From IMG/VR virus record IMGVR_UViG_3300023284_001411, positions 11,453 through 75,452 of that record: DNA of 64,000 bases; one strand, given 5' to 3'. Below the pieces are notes generated by a model. That model was not told the DNA's origin. It ran no database searches and saw only the letters and a list, made by a program, of their open reading frames with translations. The position numbers and the translations under genes are program-made. Source of the stretch: a virus. Of the stretch, positions 18,779 to 28,894 are shown piece by piece. Each line of letters starts with the position of its first letter. The stretch's first letter is position 1.

Positions 18779-19194
18779 TCCTCCTCCTCACTGTCAATAG
18801 ACTTGACCAGGGCAGCGAAGCTCGAGGCCAGGCGGGCCAGGTCGTCCCGCGTCTGACCGGAGAGCTGCATCCCGTTGATCTCGATGGTGAAGGAAGGCCC
18901 ATCCAGGAGCTTCCCCTCCCGGAGCTGTACCCACGTGGCAAAGGTCAGGCCCGACTCCACGAAGGCCTCGAACGTGCCGAGCATGGTCGGCTGGCGAGAG
19001 GCCCACGGCGTACCGGTGAAGAGGTTGGCGCCGACGTAAACGTCCTCTTCGCCGAGCTTCTGCTTCGTGTCCTTAAGGATGATGGCGAAGTCACCTCCCT
19101 CCTCGGGCAGGGACTTTGCGATCATGCCCGTGGTGCTGAGTTGGTTGATGACCTTGAAGATATCGCCTTGGTGATTGGTCATTGACAATCCCAT
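18775..19194 (-). CDS. Hypothetical protein
   Basis: Coupled ORF with typical codon usage. Confidence 0.55.
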   Translation of the reverse strand: MGLSMTNHQGDIFKVINQLSTTGMIAKSLPEEGGDFAIILKDTKQKLGEEDVYVGANLFTGTPWASRQPTMLGTFEAFVESGLTFATWVQLREGKLLDGPSFTIEINGMQLSGQTRDDLARLASSFAALVKSIDSEEEE

Positions 19195-19472
19195 CTATCA
19201 AGAGCTTTCTGCATAGTCACACTCACAGCGTCCGTCTTTCCCCATTTTCCTGTAGTGGCGTTAGCCCATACGCGGATAACACAAAAATAGACAACCTTCC
19301 TTGGTAAATGGTCAGCTATCCAACGACTTATCTTGTTTTTTCTTTCATGCCAGTCAGTCATTGGGCACCACGCAGTGAATGGTTGTGTCGAGGCTCTCGA
19401 TCCTATTGGCCAGGAGCGCGAAGCCCTTCTCGGTGACGTCAGCCAAGCGCTCAAGGGCGTCGGCTATCCGCT

Positions 19473-19730
19473 TCACGTCTGCGAGGTAGGTTTCTGTTTC
19501 CTTACAGTCCATCGTTCTTCGAGTCTCCTCATAGCCTTCGGTCCGGGTAAAGCGCCTATACGACGTCTTCGAGTCTCCGTCCAGTATACCACGGCATCTT
19601 TCGGTGTATACCCCGATTCCACGAGATTTCGAATCTTCTTCCGCGCCAGAGAGTCGGTGCTCCAGTAGCGCTTCCGCGCCGGGCGCAGATCGGGGCGCTT
19701 GCACTTCTTACCCGCTTGTTTTACCGCCAT
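19473..19730 (-). CDS. Small basic hypothetical protein
   Basis: Lys/Arg-rich; GAAGG SD. Confidence 0.45.
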   Translation of the reverse strand: MAVKQAGKKCKRPDLRPARKRYWSTDSLARKKIRNLVESGYTPKDAVVYWTETRRRRIGALPGPKAMRRLEERWTVRKQKPTSQT

Positions 19731-19995
19731 CGTCCTTCTTCCTTTCTACTTGGCCCTTTGTCGTCACTGTAATATAGCGTTGCCGCTCCTTGAGGAACTC
19801 CTTCACATCCACCTTCTGCGTTAGCAGGCCGTCCCGGTAGACAGGGTACTCGCCCTCGGCCAGGACGTGGACCTTCCCGTCGATGTCCGTGAACGTCCGG
19901 AGCTCGCAGTCCTTACAGGCCCAGGTCCCGGGTCGGGGGCCGAAGGCCACGGCCTCCATCGAGCTGCAGTTCCAGCAGACCAGCTCACAACTCAT
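19708..19995 (-). CDS. Zn-ribbon hypothetical protein
   Basis: CWNC...CKDC. Confidence 0.5.
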   Translation of the reverse strand: MSCELVCWNCSSMEAVAFGPRPGTWACKDCELRTFTDIDGKVHVLAEGEYPVYRDGLLTQKVDVKEFLKERQRYITVTTKGQVERKKDDGGKTSG

Positions 19996-20318
19996 CCTTT
20001 ACCTCCTCCGCGGTCAAGTCTTCATTCTCAAGTTCGGCGTCGTCGGCAGCGTCCAAGGCTTCGTCCTCGTTCTCCGCTTCGACGAAAGCGATTCGAGTCA
20101 GGGTGAGCTTCCACGTCTTCATTTGCGCCGCCTCGCCCCGCAGCCGTCGCAGCGGCGAAGGCCCGGGGTTAGTTTGGTGGCGCAGTGTCGGCAATGGGAT
20201 TTAATCACCACCAAGGGAAAGGGGCCGACTGATTTGGGCAAGCCCAGCAGCCACTCGGCCACGAACGCCAGGATAATGAAATAGATCAGACCAAAAACAA
20301 CAATCCATCCAGGACCAA

Positions 20319-20612
20319 TCATGCGCCCGCCTCCTCGGCCTTGCGGTAGAGGAGCTCGGCCAGGGCCTTCGCGGTCTCGGGGAGGAACCAAACCCTCGTG
20401 CCGTCGGCCAAACAGAGCACGACGCGCCCGGTCGACCCATCAAGGGCCACTGACGCAGCCGCGCAGGAAGGAATCCCCTCCAGCGCGGCGTCAATAGCTT
20501 GTTTCGCGTTTATGGCGTCCGCCTCGGCCCGGTAACGATCAAGAACGGCCTTCTGCTTCTTGAGGATCTCAGCCTCGGCCTCGGCCCTGAAGTCTCGAAA
20601 GAAATCACCCAT
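20319..20612 (-). CDS. Hypothetical protein
   Basis: GGAGG SD; coupled overlaps. Confidence 0.55.
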   Translation of the reverse strand: MGDFFRDFRAEAEAEILKKQKAVLDRYRAEADAINAKQAIDAALEGIPSCAAASVALDGSTGRVVLCLADGTRVWFLPETAKALAELLYRKAEEAGA

Positions 20613-20785
20613 TGTCGTCCTCCTCCATCAGGTCAAAGCCGTCAGCCAGTTGGTCGTCGTAGCACGCTGGCTCATACCGAGCGTCCTCGGGCTCGAGGGT
20701 CGCGACGGCATGCGCCTCGTCGAGGCACCGCATCGCAGCCTCGGAAAACTCGCTTCTGTGAACGCCGCCACAGTAAGGGCAGAGG

Positions 20786-21232
20786 CTACTCTCCCTCGTC
20801 TGCGTCGTCATTTGTGAACTCCTCTCTCCACTCTTTCTCAGTGTCGCACGGCTTCTCGACGATCAGCACGCCGCCGTTGAAGGTCGCGTCGATCGGGGAC
20901 TTGTCCTTGTACGCGGGGTTGTGGCGCTTGACATGCATTGCAAGTAGCGATCCATCGAACCTTCGGATATGGCCACAGACCTTGCCGTTGTGAAACTTGG
21001 GCTCGTCCCAGCCGTCGACGCCACGCTTGTGGAGCGCAGCCTCCAGGACGTTCTCGCAGTAGAAGTTCATTGCGTCGCGCTCGTCATCCTCGAAGTGGGA
21101 ATCACGCGCTCGCATTCGGCGCAAGGTCCCGTAGCTCATGCCCGCGGCGCGGGCCGACGGGCCATAGCGGCCGGTTCGCTCGAGCTCGACCAAGTAGGCC
21201 TGAATGGTTTTTTCGTCAATCGCTGGATTCAA
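20786..21232 (-). CDS. Terminase small subunit (putative)
   Basis: N-terminal HTH (TGRYGPSARAAGMSY), LEAALHKRGVDGWDEP..FDGSLL motif typical of YuA-like TerS. Confidence 0.7.
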   Translation of the reverse strand: MNPAIDEKTIQAYLVELERTGRYGPSARAAGMSYGTLRRMRARDSHFEDDERDAMNFYCENVLEAALHKRGVDGWDEPKFHNGKVCGHIRRFDGSLLAMHVKRHNPAYKDKSPIDATFNGGVLIVEKPCDTEKEWREEFTNDDADEGE

Positions 21233-21269
21233 TTGTCTCTCCCAAAAAAAATTATAACTTAACCCAGCA

Positions 21270-21770
21270 CTATGTTACCACACTTTTAGCCAAAAGGTCG
21301 GCATAAACGTACTCCTCGCGCCCATGCTCGGGAGGAGGCCTGATCCGCTGAATGCCCAAGGGGATCTCTTTAAGCGTCGAGAGGACCACCAGTTTGTCGC
21401 GGTCGCGCCGGAAAATACGGGCGCTAACCTTCTTCTCGTTCAGAAGCTTCTTGATCCGGTCGCGAATGTACCTGGACGTCACAGCCTCATCGAGCATCCG
21501 GGCCTGCTGCCGAAAGCGTATGCGGCTCTTCGTCCGTGGGTTGCCGGTGTCGTCTGACTTGACCCGTAGGGCGGCGGCCACGTCGGCGAACCTGTAAAAC
21601 TTCAGGGAGCCCATGGTGAAATAAGGAACGGTGTCAAGGAGTATATAAGGGTTCCCGTAACGGTTCAGGCCCAACGCTCCAAGCACGTCGGGCCGAGTAC
21701 CCACAGGGAATGCGATCGTTAAAGCCTGAAACTGTCGTAAGTTCTTGCCTGTTATCTTTATAATTCTCAT
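21270..21770 (-). CDS. Hypothetical basic protein, possibly DNA-binding
   Basis: Highly basic; FYRFADVAAAL wing-like segment. Confidence 0.45.
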   Translation of the reverse strand: MRIIKITGKNLRQFQALTIAFPVGTRPDVLGALGLNRYGNPYILLDTVPYFTMGSLKFYRFADVAAALRVKSDDTGNPRTKSRIRFRQQARMLDEAVTSRYIRDRIKKLLNEKKVSARIFRRDRDKLVVLSTLKEIPLGIQRIRPPPEHGREEYVYADLLAKSVVT

Positions 21771-21993
21771 AATTATCTTTGCTGGTCTTTGCTGGAAAAC
21801 AGGATTCTCAAAGTCGTAAGCCCAAGTGGCGTCACGCCCCCCGGGGAAAAAACTTTACTTACTTTAAACTTATATAGATGTTGTGGGGTAAAATATAATA
21901 AACATTTATACACCCCCTGTAAACCCTGTGTCTATAAACTTAGGGGGTAAAGTTATGAAGTGAATAAAGATCTGAGCCGTAACTCCAACAAAA

Positions 21994-22545
21994 CTACCGA
22001 TTCGTCTTTTGGTCACACTTCACTACCTTCCAGGCGTCGATCGGCCCCGAGTATAGATCCACGAACACCGCCCGCACGCGCCGCTCGAATTCGTCCGGCG
22101 ACACTACATCCGTGAGTGTGAATTCTTCGGGCACTTCCCCACCCTCATAGAGCGCCTCGTCTGCGAGCTCGAGCATGCCCACGGGGTCCAGGAAGGCCGC
22201 CAGCGTCCCCGCTGTATGCCGCTCGACCTCGTAGAGGCAGTAGTCATGCGGGTGTCCTGGCGCCCCTTCTCCGGCCAGTAGGGCCTCTAACCAGGCATTG
22301 TGGACCTCCCAAGCCTCCTCCGGCGTCGCGAATGTCACCTCACATGACATGAATCCAGCGTATTTCTCGTCGACCACGTACCGAGGCCCCTTGGCCGGTG
22401 CCGCTGGCAGTTGGCCAAGGACCCACTGCAACGATCCTTGGCGCGCCGTCAGCCGATGCCATTCGGGCGATCCGGCGACGGCCCTATCAGCCATATCCCC
22501 TATTCGGTCCCATTCCTTCTCAATCGTCCTTCGTAAGTCGTCCAT
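21994..22545 (-). CDS. Hypothetical protein
   Basis: Start MDDLRR after GGAGG SD. Confidence 0.6.
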   Translation of the reverse strand: MDDLRRTIEKEWDRIGDMADRAVAGSPEWHRLTARQGSLQWVLGQLPAAPAKGPRYVVDEKYAGFMSCEVTFATPEEAWEVHNAWLEALLAGEGAPGHPHDYCLYEVERHTAGTLAAFLDPVGMLELADEALYEGGEVPEEFTLTDVVSPDEFERRVRAVFVDLYSGPIDAWKVVKCDQKTNR

Positions 22546-22801
22546 CGTCCTTCCTCCAATAGTAAAGCGCCAGCGCCAGCCACACAGTAGTGGCCGCAAA
22601 GGCCCCAAGCCCGCCCCAAAATGAATTCCACTGGGCGAGGGAGGGGTAGTAAAAGAGATTCCAAACGCTCCATACCCAGAAAAACCCAATCGCCACCAGC
22701 GACACCCCGCGAAGCCCGCGGTCCAGCCAGATCCGCCGCACGTTCAGGAGAACAAACAGCCCGCCAGAGAGCTCGAACAGGCTGTTCACGAGATCATGCA
22801 T
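22520..22801 (-). CDS. Small 3-TM membrane protein (PQ-loop/SemiSWEET-like)
   Basis: Three hydrophobic helices, R..RGVSL loop. Confidence 0.5.
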   Translation of the reverse strand: MHDLVNSLFELSGGLFVLLNVRRIWLDRGLRGVSLVAIGFFWVWSVWNLFYYPSLAQWNSFWGGLGAFAATTVWLALALYYWRKDDGRLTKDD

Positions 22802-23093
22802 CGCCCAAGAAAATGAAAGCGGAGGGGCTGAAGTTCACTTCCCGCAGTTCTTTGTCAAACTGTGCCTTGAGTTCTTCAGAGAAGGTCCTGGCCACTACCC
22901 CTATAAAGTCGACACCAGCGGTCATGAAGTCTGTAACTATGCTGACGTCCGCGCCGCGAAGTATGACGTCCTTCCCTTCCCGGTCGACGTCTTGGAGACG
23001 TTTCAACAGCTCATGCGGAGGGGTGTAAAGGAGGATTGCCGCGGCGCGCTGTACTTTCTCGTCAAGGGTGATGGTCAGATCAGGGACTTTCAT
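22794..23093 (-). CDS. Hypothetical protein
   Basis: AAGGA SD; coupled overlap. Confidence 0.55.
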   Translation of the reverse strand: MKVPDLTITLDEKVQRAAAILLYTPPHELLKRLQDVDREGKDVILRGADVSIVTDFMTAGVDFIGVVARTFSEELKAQFDKELREVNFSPSAFIFLGDA

Positions 23094-23223
23094 TTCCTTT
23101 TCTCCAAATCTAATAGTCGGCCGTGGGCCGTGTCCAGTCGCTCGTGAATCATCTTGATGCGACCGTTTGTCAAACGGTCATTGAGGAGGATGTAGACGAC
23201 AAGGAGCGCCAGCCCCAGAAATG

Positions 23224-23448
23224 TTACTGCGTCCATGCTCGCACCTCCCCTATCACATCAACCCGCTCCACGTCCGTCGCGTCGCCCCAGCTTGCCGTCT
23301 CTCCATTAATCAGTTTCACGGTATTGAGTGACGAAACACTGGGCAACGTCCGCATCCAGACATCCCCGTTTTTTTCACGGAAACAGTCCCCGGGCAGCAG
23401 CGCCCCGACCGTCGTCCATGCTCCTCTGGGCGCTTTTCGAATCTTCAT
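23224..23448 (-). CDS. Hypothetical protein
   Basis: GGAGG SD; TAATG overlap. Confidence 0.55.
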   Translation of the reverse strand: MKIRKAPRGAWTTVGALLPGDCFREKNGDVWMRTLPSVSSLNTVKLINGETASWGDATDVERVDVIGEVRAWTQ

Positions 23449-25301
23449 TAAACCAATCCTCCTTTCTCGAAGGGGTTCACCGACGGCGGTTGGTAGGAGA
23501 CCATAGGCGTCTCAGGACTTATCGACAGTCGGCAAGGCTCATCCCGCATCGGGTGCTGGGCGTGCGGCGACCACTTCTTTTTTAGGCCTGCAGCAATCCT
23601 CTCAAGAATCGTCCGGGTGTCTCCGACTACGTTTTGAAGCTCGATGGTGATATCACTCGTCCCAGATCCAAAGTCGCATTCCGTTCGTAGAGCGACAGCA
23701 TTTGGGTAGAGTAGATGTACAAGTTGGAGCTGATTCGGCCCGTTCGACATCTCGCGGAGGGCCTTTATGTGTTCTGCCGCTGCCTCCATGTGGGCCTGAA
23801 CATCCGCGGGGGTCGACACCGCCTCGTAGTGTGCCGACCACTCGACATCGTCCGCCGACGATGTTGGTGCGACGCCGTGCTCCGGGCAGTCGGCCGACTG
23901 CCCCGGTGGACAGCCGTGCTCGACACAAGTGCATTTGTCGCCGTGCATCTGGCATTCGGCCTTGGACCCAGGCTCGTCCCCAAAGGTCCCGGTCGCGATG
24001 CAGACGCACTCTGGGTCGGAGTTCGGAAGTCCACAGCACGCACAGTCATCCTCGTGCCGGGCCTCGCACGGGATGACCTTGTCCATCCACCCGTACTCGT
24101 GGTCCCCCATGTCGTATAGGAGAGTGTTTGACACCTTCACTCCACAGATGCTACAAGAAGTCTCATCCGTGTCGTCTCCTATCCAGTCGTGCTCATACTC
24201 ACCCGATCGCCCGGGCACGACGACGTCGAGGAAGTGTAGGCAAGCGGCGTTGTACATATGGATGTCCACCGTACGCTTTATACCACTCGCTCTGACGGAC
24301 ACATTACCACAAACCGATACCAGCTTATCATCCTTTGGCCCCCAGGCCATGGTGAGGTTCAGGTTCCGCTGGCACTCCTCGGGGAACTCATCGCGGATCG
24401 CCGTGTACGACTGCTCCTTGAAGTACGACGCCGCGAGCTCGAAGTCCTTCTTGCCGATGGGTCGGCTGCCCCACCCCTCGAATTCAATCTGCACGGGGTT
24501 GCCGCTGTAAGGTAGCTTCTTGGCCAGCTGCTCCTTGAGGCACTGCTTTGCGTGCTCGTCCGGGGCCTGCCGCATGACGCGCTCGAACGCACCGCGCTTG
24601 CCGCCACCGCCGTACGCCATCATGAGCTTATCCTCCTTGGCCTTCGTCCTTTGGCGCTTCTTCTCTATCTCCCGGCCCTTGAACCCGGTACATGCCGGGT
24701 CCGCCAGGGAGAGACCGCAGATGATACACTGCGAGCCGCTGAATTTGTCCATGCTCCTTCGACGATGGCATGATAAGGCGGCGCGATGCGACGCTTCCCA
24801 CTCTTTATGGGATAGCACCCCGTCGGGACGGAACGGCTTCCCGTTGAAGTCCGTCGGGACCTCGGGGAACTCAGTCTTTTCTTTTACAGGCGCTTTCGTC
24901 TGCCAATACCACCGCGCCTCGTTCCAGGTCTTCATGTCGAAGCAAGCGGTCCGGTTTATAAGTTGGTCGTCAGGGCATGAACCCAAGATGACTTCGATCA
25001 CGTTCCCTGCTCTGGGTGGTTTGCTGAGCTCCTTCTGTAAGGCTTGCTGCTCCATCGGGGTATTGGCCTTTGCCAGTACGCGGTCGAACGAGGCCTTCGT
25101 CACCTTCTCCTCGAAGTCGGCATCGCGCTCGTGAACGTAGCCGGTCGCTGGCGCCGGCACATCTTCGCGGTACTCCTTCGCCGCGTCTCCGCGGAGGTAT
25201 AGGGTGACGCCCTCGTGAACCGCACATTCGGCCGTGTGCATGTCCGCGGTGATGGTCGACGGGTCGTACAGTAAACAGCGGCAATTGCATTGACTCATCA
25301 A
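23448..25301 (-). CDS. Large Cys/His-rich hypothetical protein
   Basis: 617 aa; N-terminal CNCRCLLYDP..HTAEC motif and many CxxC/CxxHG clusters. Confidence 0.65.
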   Translation of the reverse strand: MMSQCNCRCLLYDPSTITADMHTAECAVHEGVTLYLRGDAAKEYREDVPAPATGYVHERDADFEEKVTKASFDRVLAKANTPMEQQALQKELSKPPRAGNVIEVILGSCPDDQLINRTACFDMKTWNEARWYWQTKAPVKEKTEFPEVPTDFNGKPFRPDGVLSHKEWEASHRAALSCHRRRSMDKFSGSQCIICGLSLADPACTGFKGREIEKKRQRTKAKEDKLMMAYGGGGKRGAFERVMRQAPDEHAKQCLKEQLAKKLPYSGNPVQIEFEGWGSRPIGKKDFELAASYFKEQSYTAIRDEFPEECQRNLNLTMAWGPKDDKLVSVCGNVSVRASGIKRTVDIHMYNAACLHFLDVVVPGRSGEYEHDWIGDDTDETSCSICGVKVSNTLLYDMGDHEYGWMDKVIPCEARHEDDCACCGLPNSDPECVCIATGTFGDEPGSKAECQMHGDKCTCVEHGCPPGQSADCPEHGVAPTSSADDVEWSAHYEAVSTPADVQAHMEAAAEHIKALREMSNGPNQLQLVHLLYPNAVALRTECDFGSGTSDITIELQNVVGDTRTILERIAAGLKKKWSPHAQHPMRDEPCRLSISPETPMVSYQPPSVNPFEKGGLV

Positions 25302-25591
25302 ATTACTCCTGCTGCCTCGGCTCGCTTGGCAGCTAATTCTGTAAACTCGGCCTCTATAGTAAGTCCGTCTTGTTCAATATCATACATCCCATCTGGAAGC
25401 TCTATTAGCGGGAATACCCCACGATCTTTGAGAGCTCGAGTATAGCTTGCAGCAACTTCTTTCGCTCGAGTTCCTTCAGGGAACTTGTGTTGGCATTCGG
25501 CCAAGAACCCTACAAATTCGTCGAGCAATTTGCGGAGATGAATCTTTTTCTCCTGGTGATAGTTCTGGGCTGCCGCGTCGAGTCGGTTCAT
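25298..25591 (-). CDS. Hypothetical protein
   Basis: Coupled ATGA overlaps. Confidence 0.55.
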   Translation of the reverse strand: MNRLDAAAQNYHQEKKIHLRKLLDEFVGFLAECQHKFPEGTRAKEVAASYTRALKDRGVFPLIELPDGMYDIEQDGLTIEAEFTELAAKRAEAAGVI

Positions 25592-25950
25592 TGCGGAACC
25601 TCCAATTCGAATTTTTCGGCAAATCTACTTGTGGCATTTTCGAACTCTTCAGGCGACCATTTGCCTCCCAAATCATCGGCGAGGTTGTCGTGGAGTGTGT
25701 TCTGAGCAGCTGTAAGAAAAGATATGTCGTCTTCGGTAGTCCATAGGCCCGTGAGTATTCCTACATTCTTAATCGACCCTATGCCGTCGTCGAAGTTGGG
25801 TTGGTACTTGTCGTCCGGGATTAGAAAGCCGACGGCGCACCTTAGCCCGTTGCAACCACGGTAACAGCAACCATCACTCTCGTCGAAGCTAAACTTCTTC
25901 TGGGCTCGCAGGCCTCGGACCATCGTGTCGAACATCTCTTGTCGGGTCAT
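25588..25950 (-). CDS. Hypothetical protein (tandem paralog B)
   Basis: MTRQEMFDT.VRGLRAQ..CYRG..G.RCAVGFLIPD. Confidence 0.7.
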   Translation of the reverse strand: MTRQEMFDTMVRGLRAQKKFSFDESDGCCYRGCNGLRCAVGFLIPDDKYQPNFDDGIGSIKNVGILTGLWTTEDDISFLTAAQNTLHDNLADDLGGKWSPEEFENATSRFAEKFELEVPQ

Positions 25951-26294
25951 GGCACCTCCAATACTTCGGCTTTGGCGAAATCGATAACGGCCTGCTCGAA
26001 GCCCGACCAGTCTTTTTTGAGTCCATCGTGTATGCAACCTTGCATCTCTGCAAGGAAGCGGGCGTCAGAGCTTGTTCTGTCGATGCCCAAGGCCCCAGCA
26101 ACTCGATCGGAGTTGACGGGCGAACATTGCTCCATAAGGATATCGTATTTCTCATCGGGGATCAGGAAGCCGATGGCGCACTTCCGCCCCTCTGGTCCGC
26201 GATAGACGCAGAAGCCGGACACTTCACAGACAGACGGCCCACCCTGGGCACGCAGCCCACGCACGGAGGTATCAAACCATTCTTGACGGGTCAT
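25947..26294 (-). CDS. Hypothetical protein (tandem paralog A)
   Basis: MTRQEWFDT.VRGLRAQ..CVYRG..GRKCAIGFLIPD. Confidence 0.7.
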   Translation of the reverse strand: MTRQEWFDTSVRGLRAQGGPSVCEVSGFCVYRGPEGRKCAIGFLIPDEKYDILMEQCSPVNSDRVAGALGIDRTSSDARFLAEMQGCIHDGLKKDWSGFEQAVIDFAKAEVLEVP

Positions 26295-26615
26295 CGTATT
26301 CCTTTCACGAGACGCACAATGGCGATCATGGAGATGACGCAAATGGTGGTCAACCCCACTCCGCGCAGGATGTCGTCGAAGTATAGGTAAGTCAGGTAAT
26401 CGTCGAAGCAACGCTCGGCAACCTCGATCGCTTTCAATGCAACTTCAGTCATCATCACTTACTCCAAACACGGGTCATAATCGGACAGTTTGTACAGTGG
26501 AGGATGATCTTCTCGCCGTCCCCCGTCCAGCGTCCCCAGAAGTGGCCGTTCACGGCACAGTCCCAGTTGTAGGGACGGTGCCACGAGAACAGCCAACGAA
26601 TCACGCGCCACAGTC

Positions 26616-27857
26616 TCATAGGTTTTCTTTGATGTCCTTTCGAATTTTGAGGAGGTCTATGGCGACTTCGTCCAGGCGATTTAGGATCGACCCCTTGCTC
26701 TTGTCCACTGGCGGAGGAACAACGGCCTCCGGCGGCCTGACGTCGGAGGAGTAGGCCGCTATTCTCATGCCGTCAAATGTCACCATCTTCGGTCCAAAGT
26801 TGGCGTAGATGGTCCCCTTCTCGAAGTACCGCTGGGCGACGTGCTCGTGAATGAAGGTAAAGCGCCCGAGGGGCTCGCCCCAGTCCTGTTGGTACCCGTC
26901 CCAGTCGTTGAAGTGGCCATACGAATACCCGAGGTAGAACGTCGGCCCGTCAACCAAGAGCGAGCAGTGGTAGTCGAAGATCTGCCGCCTGGGCTGGTCG
27001 TCCTCCGTCCGTCGCGACATCTTGAAGAACGGCAGCCCGAGCACGTTGACGACTTCGTCGATCGATCTGAACTGGGTCCGTACCTCCTCGGGGGTGTAGT
27101 ACCCTTGGACGGACGGCGCGAGCCACCCGCGGCCCTCGGACATGGCTCCGCGGTAGACTCGGACGAGATCCATCTCCACCGGGGCGATAGTCTTTGCGAT
27201 GTTGGGGATCAGCAACTTCTCCGGGCCGAATTCCCTATCGACAGCAAAACGAAGCGCCCGGGCCATGGCGAGCTTGTCGTTGATTTCCTCCGCGAGGGTG
27301 AATCGCTTCCCGGTCCGCGGGTTGAGCGGCGGTCTCTTCTTCCGCGTGGCGACCGACCGCGCCTCCCAGGGCTTCTCGCCCCAGCCGGCGTTGTCGACCC
27401 AAAACCCATTCAATTCAGGAGATGCACGGAAGACACGAAGAACAGACTCCACGAAGAAGTCGATGAAGCCCGGGTGTCCGGTGTCGTAGACCCAGGCGTG
27501 GTGTTTGTCGAGGTTGTCTTGCACGACGCGGTTGGGGCCAACGCAGCGATTCTCGCGCTTCAGGACGCCGATGGGCTCGTGCAGGTAGAACTCCTCCGGT
27601 ACAGCGTCCTTCTCGAACGGGTTTCCTGCCCAGTTGCGGGGGTTGCAGTATTCCGTCAGGAGCGCGTCCGGCCAAAGACCGTGAAGATGCTCGTGGACAT
27701 GCGGGTGAGTGACGCCCTTGCGCGAGCCCCAGACGGGGTGCAGCGCGACGGAGTGCTCGCCGACGTCGGCGAGGTACTTAACCGCCTCGTCCGGGAGTGG
27801 CTCCGTCGCGTAATGTTTCTTCGCGATGTACTTCGACAGTAGCTTAAAAAGGTTCAT
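26616..27857 (-). CDS. Putative glycoside hydrolase (GHL15-like TIM barrel)
   Basis: NGFWVDN, GAMSEG, DWGEPLG...QRYFEKGTIYANF motifs. Confidence 0.55.
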   Translation of the reverse strand: MNLFKLLSKYIAKKHYATEPLPDEAVKYLADVGEHSVALHPVWGSRKGVTHPHVHEHLHGLWPDALLTEYCNPRNWAGNPFEKDAVPEEFYLHEPIGVLKRENRCVGPNRVVQDNLDKHHAWVYDTGHPGFIDFFVESVLRVFRASPELNGFWVDNAGWGEKPWEARSVATRKKRPPLNPRTGKRFTLAEEINDKLAMARALRFAVDREFGPEKLLIPNIAKTIAPVEMDLVRVYRGAMSEGRGWLAPSVQGYYTPEEVRTQFRSIDEVVNVLGLPFFKMSRRTEDDQPRRQIFDYHCSLLVDGPTFYLGYSYGHFNDWDGYQQDWGEPLGRFTFIHEHVAQRYFEKGTIYANFGPKMVTFDGMRIAAYSSDVRPPEAVVPPPVDKSKGSILNRLDEVAIDLLKIRKDIKENL

Positions 27858-27865
27858 GATTGTTC

Positions 27866-28240
27866 CTATGGTAACACATGGAAAGGGTTGGTCCAAGGAT
27901 GTTTTGTGGTTCCGAAGATCAGACCGTTTTCGTCAATGAAGAAAACGTACACCTTAAAACCGCCATAGCCGCCGAAGCCGTTTCGAAGGTTCAGCGATGC
28001 GTCCCACGTCCAACCGACGCGGCGCGGTGTGAATAACGTCGGGCTCATGTACGCAGGGCGGGCCGAGGAGGAGACGCCGCGGATCTGCAGGCTCTCGGGG
28101 TCCTTGGCGCGGCGGTTGACCCAGCGCTCCGTCATGCCCCGAAGGCTTGAGGAGGTTGGTTCGGTGGGTAACCGGCCACGCATCTCGGCGACCGAAACAC
28201 AGCCGGTTAAAAGAGTTAGGACGATAATCAAGGCTTTCAT
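27866..28240 (-). CDS. Lipoprotein
   Basis: Lipobox LLTGC; KDPESLQ..NLRNGFGGYGG motif. Confidence 0.65.
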   Translation of the reverse strand: MKALIIVLTLLTGCVSVAEMRGRLPTEPTSSSLRGMTERWVNRRAKDPESLQIRGVSSSARPAYMSPTLFTPRRVGWTWDASLNLRNGFGGYGGFKVYVFFIDENGLIFGTTKHPWTNPFHVLP

Positions 28241-28585
28241 TGTACTTTCCTTCCGTGAAAAAAAGTGGGGGCCGGCCCACCACGACCGACCCCCGACCAC
28301 CAACGGAGAGGTATATCAGTAGACGATGTCCAGGTCCTCCTCCCAGGCTCCCTCCTCGTCTGACTCGTAGTAGTCTTCTTCGCAGTCCTCCGAGCAGAAG
28401 AGGTTATCGCATTCGCGTTCACAGTGTAGACACGTGTTCATTGTTGATGATCCTTGTGGCTGTTTCCACGACCTCGGAGACTACCACCACCTCCTCGGGG
28501 CTCAGCGCGAGCTGGAGTTGTTGGGCGCACCAAATCAACACCGGCACGCACATGGCAAAACAGACATAGGTAAAAGCTTCAAGCG

Positions 28586-28894
28586 TCATGATTTCTCCTC
28601 TAAGGCTTTTCGGGCGCGGCCGTAGGCAATCGACCTCCCGCGCTTGATCACGAAGTTGTCCTTCTTGGAACAGAACGAGTAGCCGCAGACCTGTGTCCCA
28701 TCGTTCATTGTCAGTGTGCAGATGACCGCGGCTTTGATATTGGGCCATTGCCCGGTTACCCTGCGCCACCTCCCATAGACATTGACTTGTTTTAGGACTC
28801 TGGCGTTGCCGAAGAGCGCGAGGATTTCGTTTTCGCTGGCTTTCTGGGGACCCTCGGGGAGGTCCGTCCGGTAGTGGGTAAACTCTGTTTTCAT
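28586..28894 (-). CDS. Hypothetical phage protein
   Basis: GYSFCSKKDNFVIKRGRSIAYGRA conserved-looking phage motif. Confidence 0.6.
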   Translation of the reverse strand: MKTEFTHYRTDLPEGPQKASENEILALFGNARVLKQVNVYGRWRRVTGQWPNIKAAVICTLTMNDGTQVCGYSFCSKKDNFVIKRGRSIAYGRARKALEEKS

